Source: Batkoa obscura
Taxonomy: Eukaryota
NCBI GenBank assembly: GCA_030770535.1
Contig: JASVEC010000020.1
Location: 1 to 64,000, forward strand
Direction: 5' to 3'
Length of the DNA: 64,000 nt
In this document: positions 1 through 14,146 of the stretch, one piece after another
How the letters are laid out: each line of letters begins with the position of its first letter
Numbering within the stretch: position 1 is the first letter of the stretch
Translations under genes and position numbers: made by a program
Notes under the pieces: model-generated
Told to the model about the DNA's origin: nothing
The model's database searches: none
Seen by the model: only the letters and a program-made list of their open reading frames with translations

Positions 1-767
1 TAACCCTAACCCTAACCCTAACCCTAACCCTAACCCTAACCCTAACCCTAACCCTAACCCTAACCCTAACCCTAACCCTAACCCTAACCCTAACCCTAAC
101 CCTAACCCTAACCCTAACCCTAACCCTAACCCTAACCCTAACCCTAACCCTAACCCTAACCCTAACCCTAACCCTAACCCTAACCCTAACCCTAACCCTA
201 ACCCTAACCCTAACCCTAACCCTAACCCTAACCCTAACCCTAACCCTAACCCTAACCCTAACCCTAACCCTAACCCTAACCCTAACCCTAACCCTAACCC
301 TAACCCTAACCCTAACCCTAACCCTAACCCTAACCCTAACCCTAACCCTAACCCTAACCCTAACCCTAACCCTAACCCTAACCCTAACCCTAACCCTAAC
401 CCTAACCCTAACCCTAACCCTAACCCTAACCCTAACCCTAACCCTAACCCTAACCCTAACCCTAACCCTAACCCTAACCCTAACCCTAACCCTAACCCTA
501 ACCCTAACCCTAACCCTAACCCTAACCCTAACCCTAACCCTAACCCTAACCCTAACCCTAACCCTAACCCTAACCCTAACCCTAACCCTAACCCTAACCC
601 TAACCCTAACCCTAACCCTAACCCTAACCCTAACCCTAACCCTAACCCTAACCCTAACCCTAACCCTAACCCTAACCCTAACCCTAACCCTAACCCTAAC
701 CCTAACCCTAACCCTAACCCTAACCCTAACCCTAACCCTAACCCTAACCCTAACCCTAACCCTAACC
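1..767. repeat. Telomeric repeat (TAACCC)n, about 128 units; chromosome left end
   Basis: Perfect TAACCC tandem array from base 1 to 767 (C-rich strand on +, TTAGGG type). Confidence 0.99.
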
Positions 768-768
768 T

Positions 769-1181
769 TGTGAAATATCGCTTTATCAGTCCCATGGTTA
801 ACCATAGTATAATAATCCCTTAAACTGTTGTGTTCTCGAGCTCAGAGGAAATCAATCCCATGTTCCTATTTTGATTTGCTATGAGAATTTCTATCTTCGT
901 CTCAAAGCATATTCTCCTCCCGTTTTGATATTTATACTTTTCAGAGTATAAAAGAGTTTACAGAGTATAGTAGTTCGAGGCTTTATAACTGAATCATTTC
1001 CTGATACCTCGAACATTTAATAAACCCACTAAGTTTTCTTAGTAGTATTTTATCCTATTACGTGGTATTCTTCATAATCCAAGTCTATCTTAGTCACATA
1101 AAATAAGACTTTTCAATTTATAGTCTAGTCAATCAGATAATAGCTGTTTTTGACTCCAATCACCGAGTATCAGATTTCACA
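769..1181. mobile_element. Putative solo LTR (or short TIR element) abutting the telomere
   Basis: Starts TGTGAAAT and ends ATTTCACA (8-bp perfect inverted termini, TG...CA); 413 bp; visibly more GC-rich than the downstream flank; internal TATAAAAG and AATAAA-like words; no TSD visible. Confidence 0.55.
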
Positions 1182-1942
1182 CAACAATAAAAAAACTAAT
1201 AAAATTTTTAGAAAGTATAAAAAAAATGAGAAAATAATAATAATAAGATAATAATAAAATGACAAAAAAAGCAAAAAAACAATAATAACAATAACAATAA
1301 TAGAAAGTATTAAGAAATATTCATATTTATTAAACATAACTAAACTATACTATTACTAAATATCGGATAAATTGAAAAAAATCTAATATAATTTCAATTA
1401 GTTACAAGACCTATAAAAAATTAGCTTTAGCCTATTTTTTAGAAATAATTAAAAATTTAAAAGTTTTAACATTTACTAAGTAAATAAATAGTTTGTTAAA
1501 TGATAAAAATAATTTCATTATAATATAATTGTAATATCAAAATTATTTATTTAATAACAAGTCTATAATATTAGCTATAGAGCAGTCAGTGATAAATATT
1601 TATCTATTTATATTTTATGTATTGCAACTTTAATTAATGCTAATACATAAGTTACCAATATTGTTTTTGCTAATATAACAATTTTTATCAAATTCAATAG
1701 AAATTCTGCTAACTTATAACATTATAATAAAGTTATTTAAAACTATGAAATATTCCTGGTTTTTAATATAAAAATTGTTCTAAATCCTAAGTAGTTTAAG
1801 TAATTAAAATTCTCAATTTTTTTAATCATTTTTTGCAAACTGAAAATTATTTTATTTTACTAATGGTTTTTAATATGTAAATCAAGGTTGAAAAATCGAA
1901 TTAAAATGATCCCCCAATATCTCCTGAGTTTACTTGTTTTTG

Positions 1943-2513
1943 ATATGAGGGTGTTTTTTTGATTTCACTACTTTTTTTTAAGCGTTATTTGAGCAGAAAA
2001 TTTACTAGTAAAACTCTTAAACATAAAAACACATCTCCATATGGGAGTGTTTTTTTTGACTTCATTACTTTTTCCATTTTTTAAGCGCTATTTGAGTGGA
2101 AAAGCTATTAATGAAATTCTTAAACACAAAAATACATCCCCATATTCACTCTTTTTATTTCTTAAACAGCTTTTGATTTTAAGAAAATGTATTCTTAAAA
2201 TTATAGTTGTCAAATTTCTCTATGTTTTTAAACACTTAAAGATAGATTAAATCCACTTTACTATCAATTCAGTTTGACTTGAGAATCTTTTTATAGTACA
2301 AAATATGAGGGTGTTTTTTTTAGCTTTGGGACTTTTTCTATCTCCTAAGCGCCATTTGAGTGGAAAAGCTATTGCAAAATTCTTAAACACAAAAATACAT
2401 CCCCATATTTTTATTTAGGATTGTTTTTATGTATAAGCATTTTATTAACAATTTTTCTGCTCAAATAGCACTTAGAAGATGGAAAAAGTCCCAAAGCTAA
2501 AAAAATACCACCA
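1943..2513. mobile_element. Cluster of four ~105-bp MITE-like copies (1943-2042, 2039-2145, 2303-2408, ~2415-2513)
   Basis: Match to family consensus ATATGGGGATGTATTTTT..AAATAGCGCTTAAAA..GGAAAAAGT..AAAACA(T/C)CCCCATAT; the first two copies share one ATAT junction. Confidence 0.85.
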
Positions 2514-2752
2514 ACCATTGCGAATCTTAAAAGTACCTAAGCAAAAAATTGAAGTAGAGATTATTTTATATAATAATAAGGATAATATGCTTGATTATCT
2601 TAAAGCTTATATTAACCCTTAGAATAATGTGTACTACATTAAAACCTAAAAAGAAGTAATGATTCATAATTAATAAAGCTTATGTTTATATAGTATTATA
2701 AGTATAACGTATATAAAAAAATAGAGCATTGTAATTCAAGTTATATTCTTTA

Positions 2753-3862
2753 TTACATAAACATGTATTTGTTACTTCCAAAGCTAGGATAGGTTTGATC
2801 AATAAAATAAATAAACTCAAGTAAATTATTTTGGTAATGTTGGTTGTTATGATTGTTACTATTTCTTTGTGTATGAATTTGTGAATATGGTAATTGCCCT
2901 AGTTTAAATTGATGTTGATATTTTGCTAAGCCAATATGCTTTAGAAATAATTTGATAGAATCCATGTTAAACGGAGTTGGGAACCAAATTTTAACTTGGT
3001 CTTTAAATAGTTGGATTTTCCATGAACCAAATTTGATTAATGTACTCATTAAAATCAAAACGCATTGGATAGAACTTGAAGGAAATATTGTACTTAAACT
3101 TAATAAACTCTTTTGAGTTTCTTTATCTGCGCTTATATGACAAGTATTCGGAGAAGAGTTAAACATAAACGCGTCTTTACCAAAATATGTTAGGAAATAA
3201 TGAAAATGAATACTTTGGAGGGGATAGCTCAAATAATAATGTGACATTGATGGGTTTAACTCGGTCAACTTAAACGATAATATATGCTCCCTTATTTTAA
3301 ATAAATTGATAAAAGTACCCTTTAAGACTATATTTTTATCTTGAATAAAATCGCTTTTTTTAACCAAAAGTGTCTTGTTTAGTCTTTTGACGCTTTTTAA
3401 ATAAGACCCCAAGGCTCTGAAATTTTTTACATACGCTGATTTCTTTTTCTGTTGTAAATTCTCTTTGTTTATAACTACTTGCTTGTCTTTAGATTTGATA
3501 TTTATCTGCTTTACAAAATAGGATGGTTCGCGTTTAAATTTCAATGAATAATTAATGGGTAAAAGGAGCTTCAAATGGAAAAGGTTCTTTTCAAATAACT
3601 TGTGCTGAGAAGGTTGTAATAGCTTCAATTGTGACATATAGTTTTCTCTCTCTCTTGTGTCTGTTTGCTGTGATGCATCCGTTACCAAAACTCTACCATA
3701 AAAGTGGTTATCGTTAACTGGTCTTAAATACTTTGAGCTAAATACTGCTCGTTTTATGGTCCTGAATAAATGAATAATTTTTCCTGACATTGAAAAAGAT
3801 AACAAAAGTAATTGCTTAGTTTTGAGTTTTAGGTGACTATTTTTGCATAAAAATTGCTTCAT
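2753..3862 (-). CDS. Hypothetical protein (basic; possible start at MSGKIIHLFR with a mitochondrial-targeting-like N-terminus)
   Basis: 369-aa uninterrupted ORF in very AT-rich DNA; no recognised domain. Confidence 0.55.
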   Translation of the reverse strand: MKQFLCKNSHLKLKTKQLLLLSFSMSGKIIHLFRTIKRAVFSSKYLRPVNDNHFYGRVLVTDASQQTDTRERENYMSQLKLLQPSQHKLFEKNLFHLKLLLPINYSLKFKREPSYFVKQINIKSKDKQVVINKENLQQKKKSAYVKNFRALGSYLKSVKRLNKTLLVKKSDFIQDKNIVLKGTFINLFKIREHILSFKLTELNPSMSHYYLSYPLQSIHFHYFLTYFGKDAFMFNSSPNTCHISADKETQKSLLSLSTIFPSSSIQCVLILMSTLIKFGSWKIQLFKDQVKIWFPTPFNMDSIKLFLKHIGLAKYQHQFKLGQLPYSQIHTQRNSNNHNNQHYQNNLLEFIYFIDQTYPSFGSNKYMFM

Positions 3863-4036
3863 TCTGTAAATTTAATTTTTATCATTTTTAAGGTATTTTA
3901 TTTTATTTAATACTATTTAACAATAAATACAAATTTGATTTATTTCTACTTTTAATTTTTAAATAGCTTATGAAATGTTTCATTTTTTCACTCACTAAAT
4001 TATTAAAAAATAGACGACATAAAAGTTTAGATTGAG

Positions 4037-6483
4037 ATGGCATCTGAGCTATTAAAAAAGAGGCAGAGTTTGCCTGTTTATCCATATAAAGAAGAGTTTT
4101 GCTTAGCAATACAAAATGCTGATAGTTTGGTTGTTGTTGGGGAAACAGGTATATTCAATAGTATTTTAAGAAAAAAACAATTTAACCATCTACAGGCTCT
4201 GGAAAAACAACACAAATTCCACAATTTTTATTTGAAAAGATGAACGAACTCCAAAGTCAAGGCGATAATACAGCAAACTTTTCAATACAAAGCATATGTG
4301 TTACACAGCCAAGGTAAATTATTTATAAAAGAATGGTAAAAATAATATTTTTTATTAGACGTATTGCAGCCATTACAGTTGCTAAAAGAGTCTGCCTTGA
4401 AACAAATACAACTTTAGGAGATCAAATAGGATATACTATTCGATTTGAAGATAGATGTAGTAATAAAACAAGATTACGCTATTTAACTGATGGGATACTT
4501 TTAAGAGAAGCAACCATGGATTTTCTTCTTCCCAAATATGATTGCATAATAATAGATGAAGCTCATGAAAGGTCGCTCGATACAGACATAATTATTGGAT
4601 TAATTAAAAAAGCTCAAAAAGCAAGGAAAGAACTGGCACTAAGTGATCCATCAATAAAGCCTTTAAAGGTTATAATAATGTCAGCTACTTTAAACGTGAG
4701 TTTTATACGTTTATTTTAACATTTATTTATTATTTTTAAGGTTGAAAGATTTTCGGATTTCTTTGATGGTTGCCCAATCTTTACTATACCTGGACGTAGC
4801 TATGATATAATGATTAACCACCACAACAATTTAAGTATCGAGAAGTTAAAATCAAGCTATGTGGAACGTTCTGTTGAAACTGCACTTCAGATTCATTTTG
4901 ATTCACCACCTGGAGATATTTTAATATTTTTAACAGGACAACAAGAAATACATAAGGCAATGAAGCAATTTTCAGAAACTCATCAGGAAATTTTAAAAGA
5001 GAAAAGTGAGAAAATTACAAATAAAGAGCTAGAACCCTACTTGGTTCCTATTTATGCTTCATTAGAGCAAATAGATCAAAAGGCAGCGTTTGAGCCAAGT
5101 CCAATCAATACAAGGAAAATAGTTTTTGCTACGAATATTGCTCAAACTTCTATTACAATACCCGGTATAGTTTATGTGATAGATTCTGGTTTTGTGAAAC
5201 AAAAAACTTTTGAGCCCAAAACTGGTATGGATGCATTACTTGTGGTACCTATCTCTAAGGCGGCTGCAATCCAGCGAGCAGGAAGAGCAGGAAGAACGCA
5301 AAATGGGGTTGTATATAGACTTTATTCAAGAGCTGCATTTCAAAACCTTATAGATGAAACTGTCCCAGAAATACAACGTAGTTCATTACTTAGTACTGTT
5401 TTGGCAATGAAATCAATGGGTATTGATGATATTCAAAATTTTGAATTCTTAGATTCACCAGGATTAAATCACATAAACTCATCACTAAAGAAACTTACAT
5501 TCCTTGGTGCCCTTGATCTAGATGGGATTATCACTGAGCTTGGATCTAAAATGGCTAGACTTCCTCTATCACCTTACTTATCATGTGCATTAATAGATTC
5601 TTGCTTATCCGATACCCCTTGCTCTTATCAGATGCTTGTTATAGCATCAATGCTATCAACTGAGGATGTTATAGTCAAAGCTAAAACTGAAGAAGGACAA
5701 AAAGTCCAAAAAGATATCTTCTATCAGTTATTTTTTGATCAGTCAGGAGATCATCTTACTTTATATAATATCTTTGTTTTAGCTGCGAGAAATAGGTTTG
5801 AAAAAGAGTGGTGTTATAATCATTATTTAAACCATCGTCTTTTACTCCATGCCTCTTCCATTATGGAGCAATTAAAACAAGTTTTAATTGATTTGAAATT
5901 TGAAATAGTTTCATTAAGTAAGTATGATATAAGGTCAAACATACTTCCGAGTAAACAATTCGATGCAAGTATAGTACTTAAAAGTTTATGTCGTGGTTAT
6001 TTTTTAAATGTTGCAAAAAAGCATCCTCAAGGCAAAGCATTTTATCATTATGGTGCTACTTCAAATTCAAAATCATCTCATTTAGAAGTTATTCCCTCTT
6101 CTCGTATGCTAGCATTACATCTTCATCCCACTTCAAGTTTAAATAGCTTCAATACCAATACAAAATTATCACGATTATCACATATTGATTGGGTTATATA
6201 TTCCCAAATTATTTACACATCACAATGTTTATTAAGACATGTGTCTAATATAGACCCCAAATGGTTTTTACCCTACCTTGAACAAGCTAAAGCCATGAAT
6301 ATGGCTACATCACAACCAAATTCGTTGCCAATAACCCCTAAATTAGAACACAATCAATTATCTCAATTAAAATCACCCTCTGGCTCATCCCCTTATAATT
6401 CAGATAGAAGTCCAGCACGAGTTGCTGAAGTCGAAGGCGCATTAAGTAGATATTTAGCTCGTAAAAAATTGAAGAAAAAATAA
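4037..6483 (+). CDS. DEAH-box RNA helicase (DHX8/33/40-like), 3 introns
   Basis: Spliced motifs GETG|SGKTTQIPQ, TQPR|RIAA, IIIDEAHER, MSAT, ATNIAQTSITIPG, QRAGRAGR; HA2/OB-like C-terminus. Confidence 0.93.
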
Positions 6484-6974
6484 ATCAAATTCATTGGCAA
6501 TATAAGTAGTTATATACGTATGGTTATTGTGGCTCAGCTTTAGCATTTAAGTCATTAAACATAAACTGATAAAATAATGCAATATTCAAAATAAATAAAA
6601 ACTATTATTATGAATCAAATTTCATTATCAAATAAAAGTATTACTTAATAACCATTGAATTAAACTTTAATAAAAATAGTTAAGTTATTCTTATATTTTT
6701 ATAAAGCTGTGACAAATAATCTACCAATGAATTTATATTGTTTCTACTTACTTTGATACCCTAGTTCCAATACAATTTACAATATAAATATTAAAAAGTG
6801 TTTTCAATAATTTATTACAACATTTAAATTTAAAGCAGAAACAAATTTAGTTTAATAAAATCAAAACTCAGGAGCAAATAAAAAAATATATAATTTTACC
6901 TAACACAAAATGATAAAATTAGGTAGGTACAAATAAAACTACAGAATGAAACAGGACCAAGCGAAGGCTCCATT

Positions 6975-8589
6975 TCAATAATTCAAAGTATTAATAACAT
7001 TAAAATCACGATCCCAGCCGAATCCTAAACCCGGAGATGAAGAGTTCTGATGAGAAAGTAAACTTGTGTTATTCTCTGATCCATTATGATTAATTGAGGA
7101 AATACGACGAGCGTTTGAAGATCGAATTAAAGCTTCCTCATCATCAGCTGATTTATCTAAATCCTTACGACATGTTGGGCAATTTTGATGACTTTCAAGC
7201 CAAAGTCGAAGGCAACGACTAATTAAAAAATAAATGGTTCTACATCAAATTATTCATTGAACTTACCCATGGAAAATATGAGAACAAGGAAGTTTTTGGG
7301 CAGAAATCATGGGCTCAAGGCATATTGGACAATTATCCCCAAGGTCTTCAAGCTCATTTTTTGTTGCAGATGGGAATCTAAAATTTTACTTAAAACAGAC
7401 ATAAACAAAGTAAAACACGTACCTAGATTCCATGTAATTAAGTGCAGAACGATAACTTTTGTAAATATTGTATTTACGATGTAAACTTTTGAAAACAGAT
7501 CGAATATTAAGGAACAATACAGCATCAATTAAAGTAAATGTGATTCCTTGAAGAAGCTTAAAGATATTAAAAAATAGTATTAGAAGTTAAAATATAAATG
7601 CTTACAACTATTTGTATATAATGGATTAATGTTACTACTAATATTGCTGCATCCGTATAAAACTCTGTTTTTCTTAAATATACATCTTTTTCTTCCCATA
7701 TTTCTGACGATGAAATGTCTTTTATATGAATCAAATATTTTATAAGTGTTTGTAAAGTGTCTAATAATAATGTAAAGCATTCAAAAATGAGTAAAAATAA
7801 CATGGAACCAAATGAATTTAGACAAACAGTAAACCAAAGAATATCACAAATAATAATTAAAGATAGGAATGAAAGAACTCTAAATTGACTTCTATTAGAA
7901 GAGGAAGAGATCTCCATTAGATATTCACAACGGTCACGGCAAAGCATAGAAAATACTCGAAGAAACCCAATAACTGCGAACCATGAAACCCAAAGTATCA
8001 TTTCATCATTATTGGTTTCCACTATAGCCCCAAGGAAGACAACTTTAAATAAAAGAAAGTTTAATACGCGATCATACATATGTTGGTTTTCTATATCCCT
8101 TAGTTCATCAAAGAATATTTTGGTTAATATTGTTCCGAGTATGTAAAGAAATAAAAAACCAGAATTCATAAATATTAAAGCAGCCACTTTTTGTTGATTT
8201 AAAAAAAGAGCTTCATTAGGGAATTTGGAAATATAATTTAATAATTGATTCAAGTCAAAAAAATCAAAAACTCTTAAAGATCCATTAGTCTGATGTTGTA
8301 TATTCCTTATAAAATCATCAGAGCTTCCTTCATCCTTTTTATGGTTTAACTTGATGTTGAATAATCCTTTTAAGAATAGAAAGTTATTTAATTTCTTTTC
8401 TAATACATTTTGTTTATCAGTAGTTGGATTATAATTAAGTGGAAATTCATTTGAAGTTAGTTCAAAGTTTGTATTTCCATTTACATTTACTACATCACGC
8501 ACCAAATCTTTACTTAAATATATAATTGTCATAAAAGATATAAGTCCAGATAAAAACAAGTATCTCGCAACTCCATTTAATATCATCAT
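6975..8589 (-). CDS. ERAD membrane RING-H2 E3 ligase (gp78/AMFR-Hrd1 family), 2 introns
   Basis: Multi-TM N-terminus (IFFDELRDIE, LCRDRCEY); spliced RING CPICLEPM..LPCSHIFHG|RCLRLWL..CPTCR. Confidence 0.85.
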
Positions 8590-9827
8590 TTAATTTTAAA
8601 ATTTTTAAAAAAAGCTGAAGTTATTCTGTTTAAATAGTCACATAAATGGATCATAAACTATTTAAAACTAGAATTTAAGCAAATAGCATTCTTGGCATTT
8701 TGATTGGCTAAACTATAGCCTCTTAACCCCATTTTTCTATTTCATTTTTTTGTTTTATTTAAAGATATTAACGTTACTATTGGGCTTATCTTTGTTTAAA
8801 ATAGCCTATACAATTACAGATATTTAAAATATATCAGTTTAGCCTAATAATTGTTACATTATCATAATACCTAAAACGATCTCAAAAGTACTTTTAATTA
8901 GTTTAAATTATATTATATTATATTATATTTTAATTTTAATTTTGATTTTAATTTAAAGCTAATATTAAAAAATATAATATTATAAATTAAACAATAAACA
9001 TACATCTAAAGTTTACTATTGAAATAGCTAGATAATATTATCAAATTTAAAATCAATTTCAAAGTAGTAAGCTTAGTTTGAATAAGATCCTACATTAAAA
9101 CCATCAAAATGTGTTCTTGAAGCAACTTTTTGAACACTACCATTTTTATTTTGAGATTATTAAACAAACATATAGTTTAAATATAGCTTCTATATTAACT
9201 ATTATTTCTAAGCTATGATTTACATTAGGGTAAACTACTCATTTTAAATTTGATAAAGGTTCCTCTTTATTAGTTTTATTTGAACACTATGCAGCATCCC
9301 TATTTTATTATTAAATAAAGCTTTATTTTTAATCTTCGTATCCTTTAATCACTATCTTTTGCTTTATAGAATATATTATATAGATTTTACTTTTAGAAAC
9401 AGTAACTACATTTACTTTGTGTGATTTTATAATGTGTATTTTAAGGAGTAGTAATTATATTATCTATATTCTTAATACTAGTTTGATGTTATTATAGCTT
9501 ATTATTTCTAACAAAATCAATTGAATTGGAATCCAATACGAAATTGATCAAATAGAAAGTAAATTTCCTTTATGAAAACGTGACTGTTGAGGATATTTGA
9601 AATATTTAGTGGAAATTTGCTTAGTGTAAAACGTCCCAATCAAAGTTATAGCTTAGAGAAATGTGGAATAATTAAATTTAATTGGAAATTAAAAAATTAA
9701 ATGGCACTTCATTGGCTATAAGCTTATGTTTGGGTTTACTACCATATTATTTAGCTTGGGAAAGTTAGTGACTTCTTAGTTTCATTCTTTATATTTTACC
9801 GCTTTATTATCTATATTATTTTTTACA

Positions 9828-10336
<509 letters not shown>

Positions 10337-11182
10337 CAAACCAAACAATTACTGTAAATTAGCTATTTTAAACAATAAATTTGAATTTATGATTTTTTTA
10401 TTACTACACGCTTTGTTTAAATATTACAGACCATAGATTATTTTGAATTGGTGATCTTAAATCTAATAAAAATAAAATGAAACTACTTTTAAAGAAGTCA
10501 CTACATTGATGATACAAAATTAAATATTTCAAATAAATTTACAATCAAATTTTAAATATACAATTATATAAGTGAATGGTGCTTTCAACCATGAACCTAT
10601 ATTTTGAATTTAGTATATAGCTAGCTATAAGGACTTAGTTTATACAAAAACCAAAATCATAATATTCTTTAATATTAGTAATTTTTAATATTATTAGTAG
10701 AAGTATATTTATATTTAGATAAAAAAGTGTACTATTTTTTAGACTAAATATATAAAATTTCAGGAATTATTTTATATTTATTTAATATTGTTATTCTATA
10801 AAACACTCTTACATTTTGATTATAACTATTATTCATTTTTTAACTGATTTTAAGAATTCAAGCTTGATTTATTTTAAATGTAATAAATGTTTGAAATATC
10901 TGTATTCAAATGTTACAATTCATTATAATTAAATCTTGACACAACTAAATAAATATTAAAAGGCATATATATAATGATTAATTATATTGAATTCGTTAAT
11001 CAATAACTTAAAATATACTTTTGATTTATACATGATTGCTAAAAATAAAAAGGTGGTGGATATTTACTCCACCTAACTACATATTGAATTATGTTGGGGA
11101 GAAAAAGCTTAATTTGAAGTTTGTATGATACGTATATATAAAAAACACAAAAACAAAAAATTGGGGAATTAAAAAATTAAAA

Positions 11183-12130
11183 ATGTCATATCTATTATTA
11201 ATACTCTACTATTTCATAAATCAATTACATTGTCATATCCAAATGAAATACCCTCCACCTCGACGCTCAACTTTTAATAAAGTATATCCTGGTGAACCAG
11301 ATTACGATATGAGCTCACCTATTAACCTATCACAATTTCCATGTAAAGGGTATGCTCCAGGACCAATAGTAGCAAGCTATACCGCTGGTGGTACTATCCC
11401 GGTAGAATTGTATGGTACTGCTACACACAATGGCGGCCATTGCCAATTTTCATTATCATATGATAACGGAGCTACTTTTGTTGTGATATCAACAATAATG
11501 AATGATTGTTTAACAAACAATAATATGAACTATAATATAAAAATACCTGAACAAGTACCACAAGCAGATAAGCTAATATTTTCATGGACATGGGTGAATA
11601 GATCTGGTAATAGGGAGTATTACATGAATTGTGCAGACATACAAATTAAAAATAGTTTGAAGGAATGTAGCTATACTAATAAAAAAATGCTAGTAGCAAA
11701 TTTACAAGGTTATCCAACAATCCCTGAATTCCCTAATGCAAGCTCATACTGTGGTGCTGATTTGTATGACAAATGTGAAAATGTGACTGTAAATTCAAAT
11801 AATATACAATCAAGTTATGTTCAACCTAATAATAACACAGAAAATTATAACAACTACAATTTATTAAGTTATAACAAAAGCAATAAAAATAAAAATATAG
11901 CAAGCCATAGTAGCAGCAACCCAGGGAACTTTAATAACAGCATATCAAATACAAACCGTAATAGCTATTCTGACCAGTTGCTATTGATCAAAAAGAAATT
12001 TGATATTCAAGTACAACAATTAAATGAGCAATATAATCAGGGTAAAATAGACCAAATAAATTTTAGTAATAAATTAAATGACATGCAAAAAAAGTTTGAT
12101 ACAGATTGCTTATCATTAAAAAATATTTAA
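11183..12130 (+). CDS. Secreted AA11-like lytic polysaccharide monooxygenase with Asn-rich tail
   Basis: Signal peptide followed by His1 (HIQMKYPPP), HNGGHCQFSLSYD, WTWVNRSGNREYYMNCADI. Confidence 0.8.
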   Translation: MSYLLLILYYFINQLHCHIQMKYPPPRRSTFNKVYPGEPDYDMSSPINLSQFPCKGYAPGPIVASYTAGGTIPVELYGTATHNGGHCQFSLSYDNGATFVVISTIMNDCLTNNNMNYNIKIPEQVPQADKLIFSWTWVNRSGNREYYMNCADIQIKNSLKECSYTNKKMLVANLQGYPTIPEFPNASSYCGADLYDKCENVTVNSNNIQSSYVQPNNNTENYNNYNLLSYNKSNKNKNIASHSSSNPGNFNNSISNTNRNSYSDQLLLIKKKFDIQVQQLNEQYNQGKIDQINFSNKLNDMQKKFDTDCLSLKNI

Positions 12131-12478
12131 ATAAATAATTATTTTATAGCTTTTCAAATTTCATTTTTTTTTTACTGTCAATTCCATTTTGATTTCTATT
12201 ACCGATTTTATATTTATTTGTTGCTACTTCATTATTTATCAAATTTTAAAAATAGAGGAAAGTTTTATATCATTCAAGTACTAATAAAATTTAACAGTTT
12301 CTAAAAAATACTATTGTATAGTACAGATACTCTTAGTAGTGGCTGCTATTATGTTATTATTACACTACTATTTAATGTTTTGAAAAGGGATTTATTGAAG
12401 AATAAAAAATTCTATTTTTTACGTCATCACTTTAGCTATAAATCGCTACTTTTAAATTATAGTGTTTTTTTTAAATCT

Positions 12479-13135
12479 ATGAGTCGTTCAATAAAATTTT
12501 GGTTTGAATACTCAAGCCCTTATTCTGCTATAAGTGTCTATGAAATATTAGCATTAGCCAAACGAGGTGATTTCTCAAAAAATAGTTTAATTATTGAACC
12601 CCGTCCTCTTTTATTAGGTGCTTTACTAAAAAAATTAGAGCTACCTGTTGTACCTTTTGCAAGCAATGAACCAAAGTTCAATTATATGTGGCACGATTCT
12701 CAAAGACAAATAGCAAAGATAAAAAGCAAATATAATTTAAAAGACTCTTTCAATATAAACAAACCGAAAGATTTTCCAATAAATGGTTTGTTGGCAGCAA
12801 GAGCAACCATTTCTTTACAAAATGAGATAAAGGACACTAATAGCCAAAATTTATTAAATTTTATATTAAAAATGTACGACTATTCCTTTAATAAGGATAT
12901 TGATATTAATGACAAGGACTTGATTAAAGAAGAAATAAGCTCATATTTCCCAGATTTGAATCCCGATCTTATAGTAGATAATGCTACTAAATCTGAGATT
13001 AAGGAAAGCTTAAAGGCAAATACAGAGGAAGCTTATAATCTAAATATGTTTGGTGCTCCCACATTTACTGTATCTGGAGAAATTTTTTGGGGATCTGATA
13101 GATTACATGATGCTATTGAAAAAGCTCTAGAATAA
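12479..13135 (+). CDS. GST-kappa / 2-hydroxychromene-2-carboxylate isomerase (DsbA-like fold)
   Basis: MSRSIKFWFEYSSPYS, PRPLLLG, FGAPTF..GEIFWGSDRL; intronless. Confidence 0.85.
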   Translation: MSRSIKFWFEYSSPYSAISVYEILALAKRGDFSKNSLIIEPRPLLLGALLKKLELPVVPFASNEPKFNYMWHDSQRQIAKIKSKYNLKDSFNINKPKDFPINGLLAARATISLQNEIKDTNSQNLLNFILKMYDYSFNKDIDINDKDLIKEEISSYFPDLNPDLIVDNATKSEIKESLKANTEEAYNLNMFGAPTFTVSGEIFWGSDRLHDAIEKALE

Positions 13136-13337
13136 TACTTTGACTTCAAATATTATTAAATCTCACTAGACATCAATATATATGTTGTTAATTAATTTTT
13201 TACTATACTAGCTTTATGAGTTTATTTAAATATACATTAACTCTTTAATAACTTATAAGAAGTCCACTATTTTTAAACATCAGTATATTATATCTTATAT
13301 TTAAATTCTGGATCTTTTTTAACATGATTTAACTAGT

Positions 13338-13750
13338 ATATAGGGATGTATTTTTGTATTTGAGGATTTTATTACCAATTTTTCGCTCAAATAGCGCTTA
13401 AAAGATGGAAAAAGTGATGAAGCCAAAAAGACACTTCCTATATGACTTATAATAGTCCAAATTTTAAAAACTCAATATTACTACTGATATTTAACCTATT
13501 AGTTCTGCTTTTGTGGTCTTAGAATTTTTATGTGAGTAAAGGCAGTCAAAAAATAGTTAAACAGCCACTACACTAATTGAAAAAGATAGCATTGGAATAA
13601 GCACTGTTTTTAGATATAAAGGCTATTTCCTGTGCAACTAACAATATGTGGACGTTTTTTTTTGACTTCGTTACTTTTTCCATCTTTTAAGCGCTATTTG
13701 AGCGAAAAATTGGTAATAAAATTCTTAAATACAGGAATACATCGCCATAT
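13338..13750. mobile_element. Inverted pair of MITE-like copies (13338-13443 and 13644-13750)
   Basis: Family consensus; the two copies share an identical ~49-bp inverted core. Confidence 0.85.
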
Positions 13751-14146
13751 AGTATTTGATATGTACACGAAAAGTTCCGAAGATATAAAAACCGACATGC
13801 ATTAAGCAATATCCCCTGATGCTACTAAACCATTATTATGTATAGTGGCAATAAATTTTATTATACACCATCAACTAATAATTATAGAAAAAGCAAACAT
13901 TTTGTTTTAATATTAATATAACGAAATATACCTCAATCTATGTGTAGTTGACCCTTTAAATTTACAAAATTGGTGATTGACCCGAAAAATTTCCTTATTT
14001 CAATTCTAGTTTATTTATTAATCAAATCATGAAGAATAATTGATTAGACTTAAAACCTTCAAGCTTTTATGAAATATATAATCGATATTGGTAAACAAAT
14101 AAGGTATAAAAAGAAAAAAATATACTTCTTAAATTAAATTTGTAAC

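Noticed and set aside
2041..2250. ORFs 2041-2250, 35719-35910, 48424-48666 and 62752-63012 with similar peptides (FPFFK.YLS.K)
   Set aside because: They are translations of the MITE-like repeat, not a protein family
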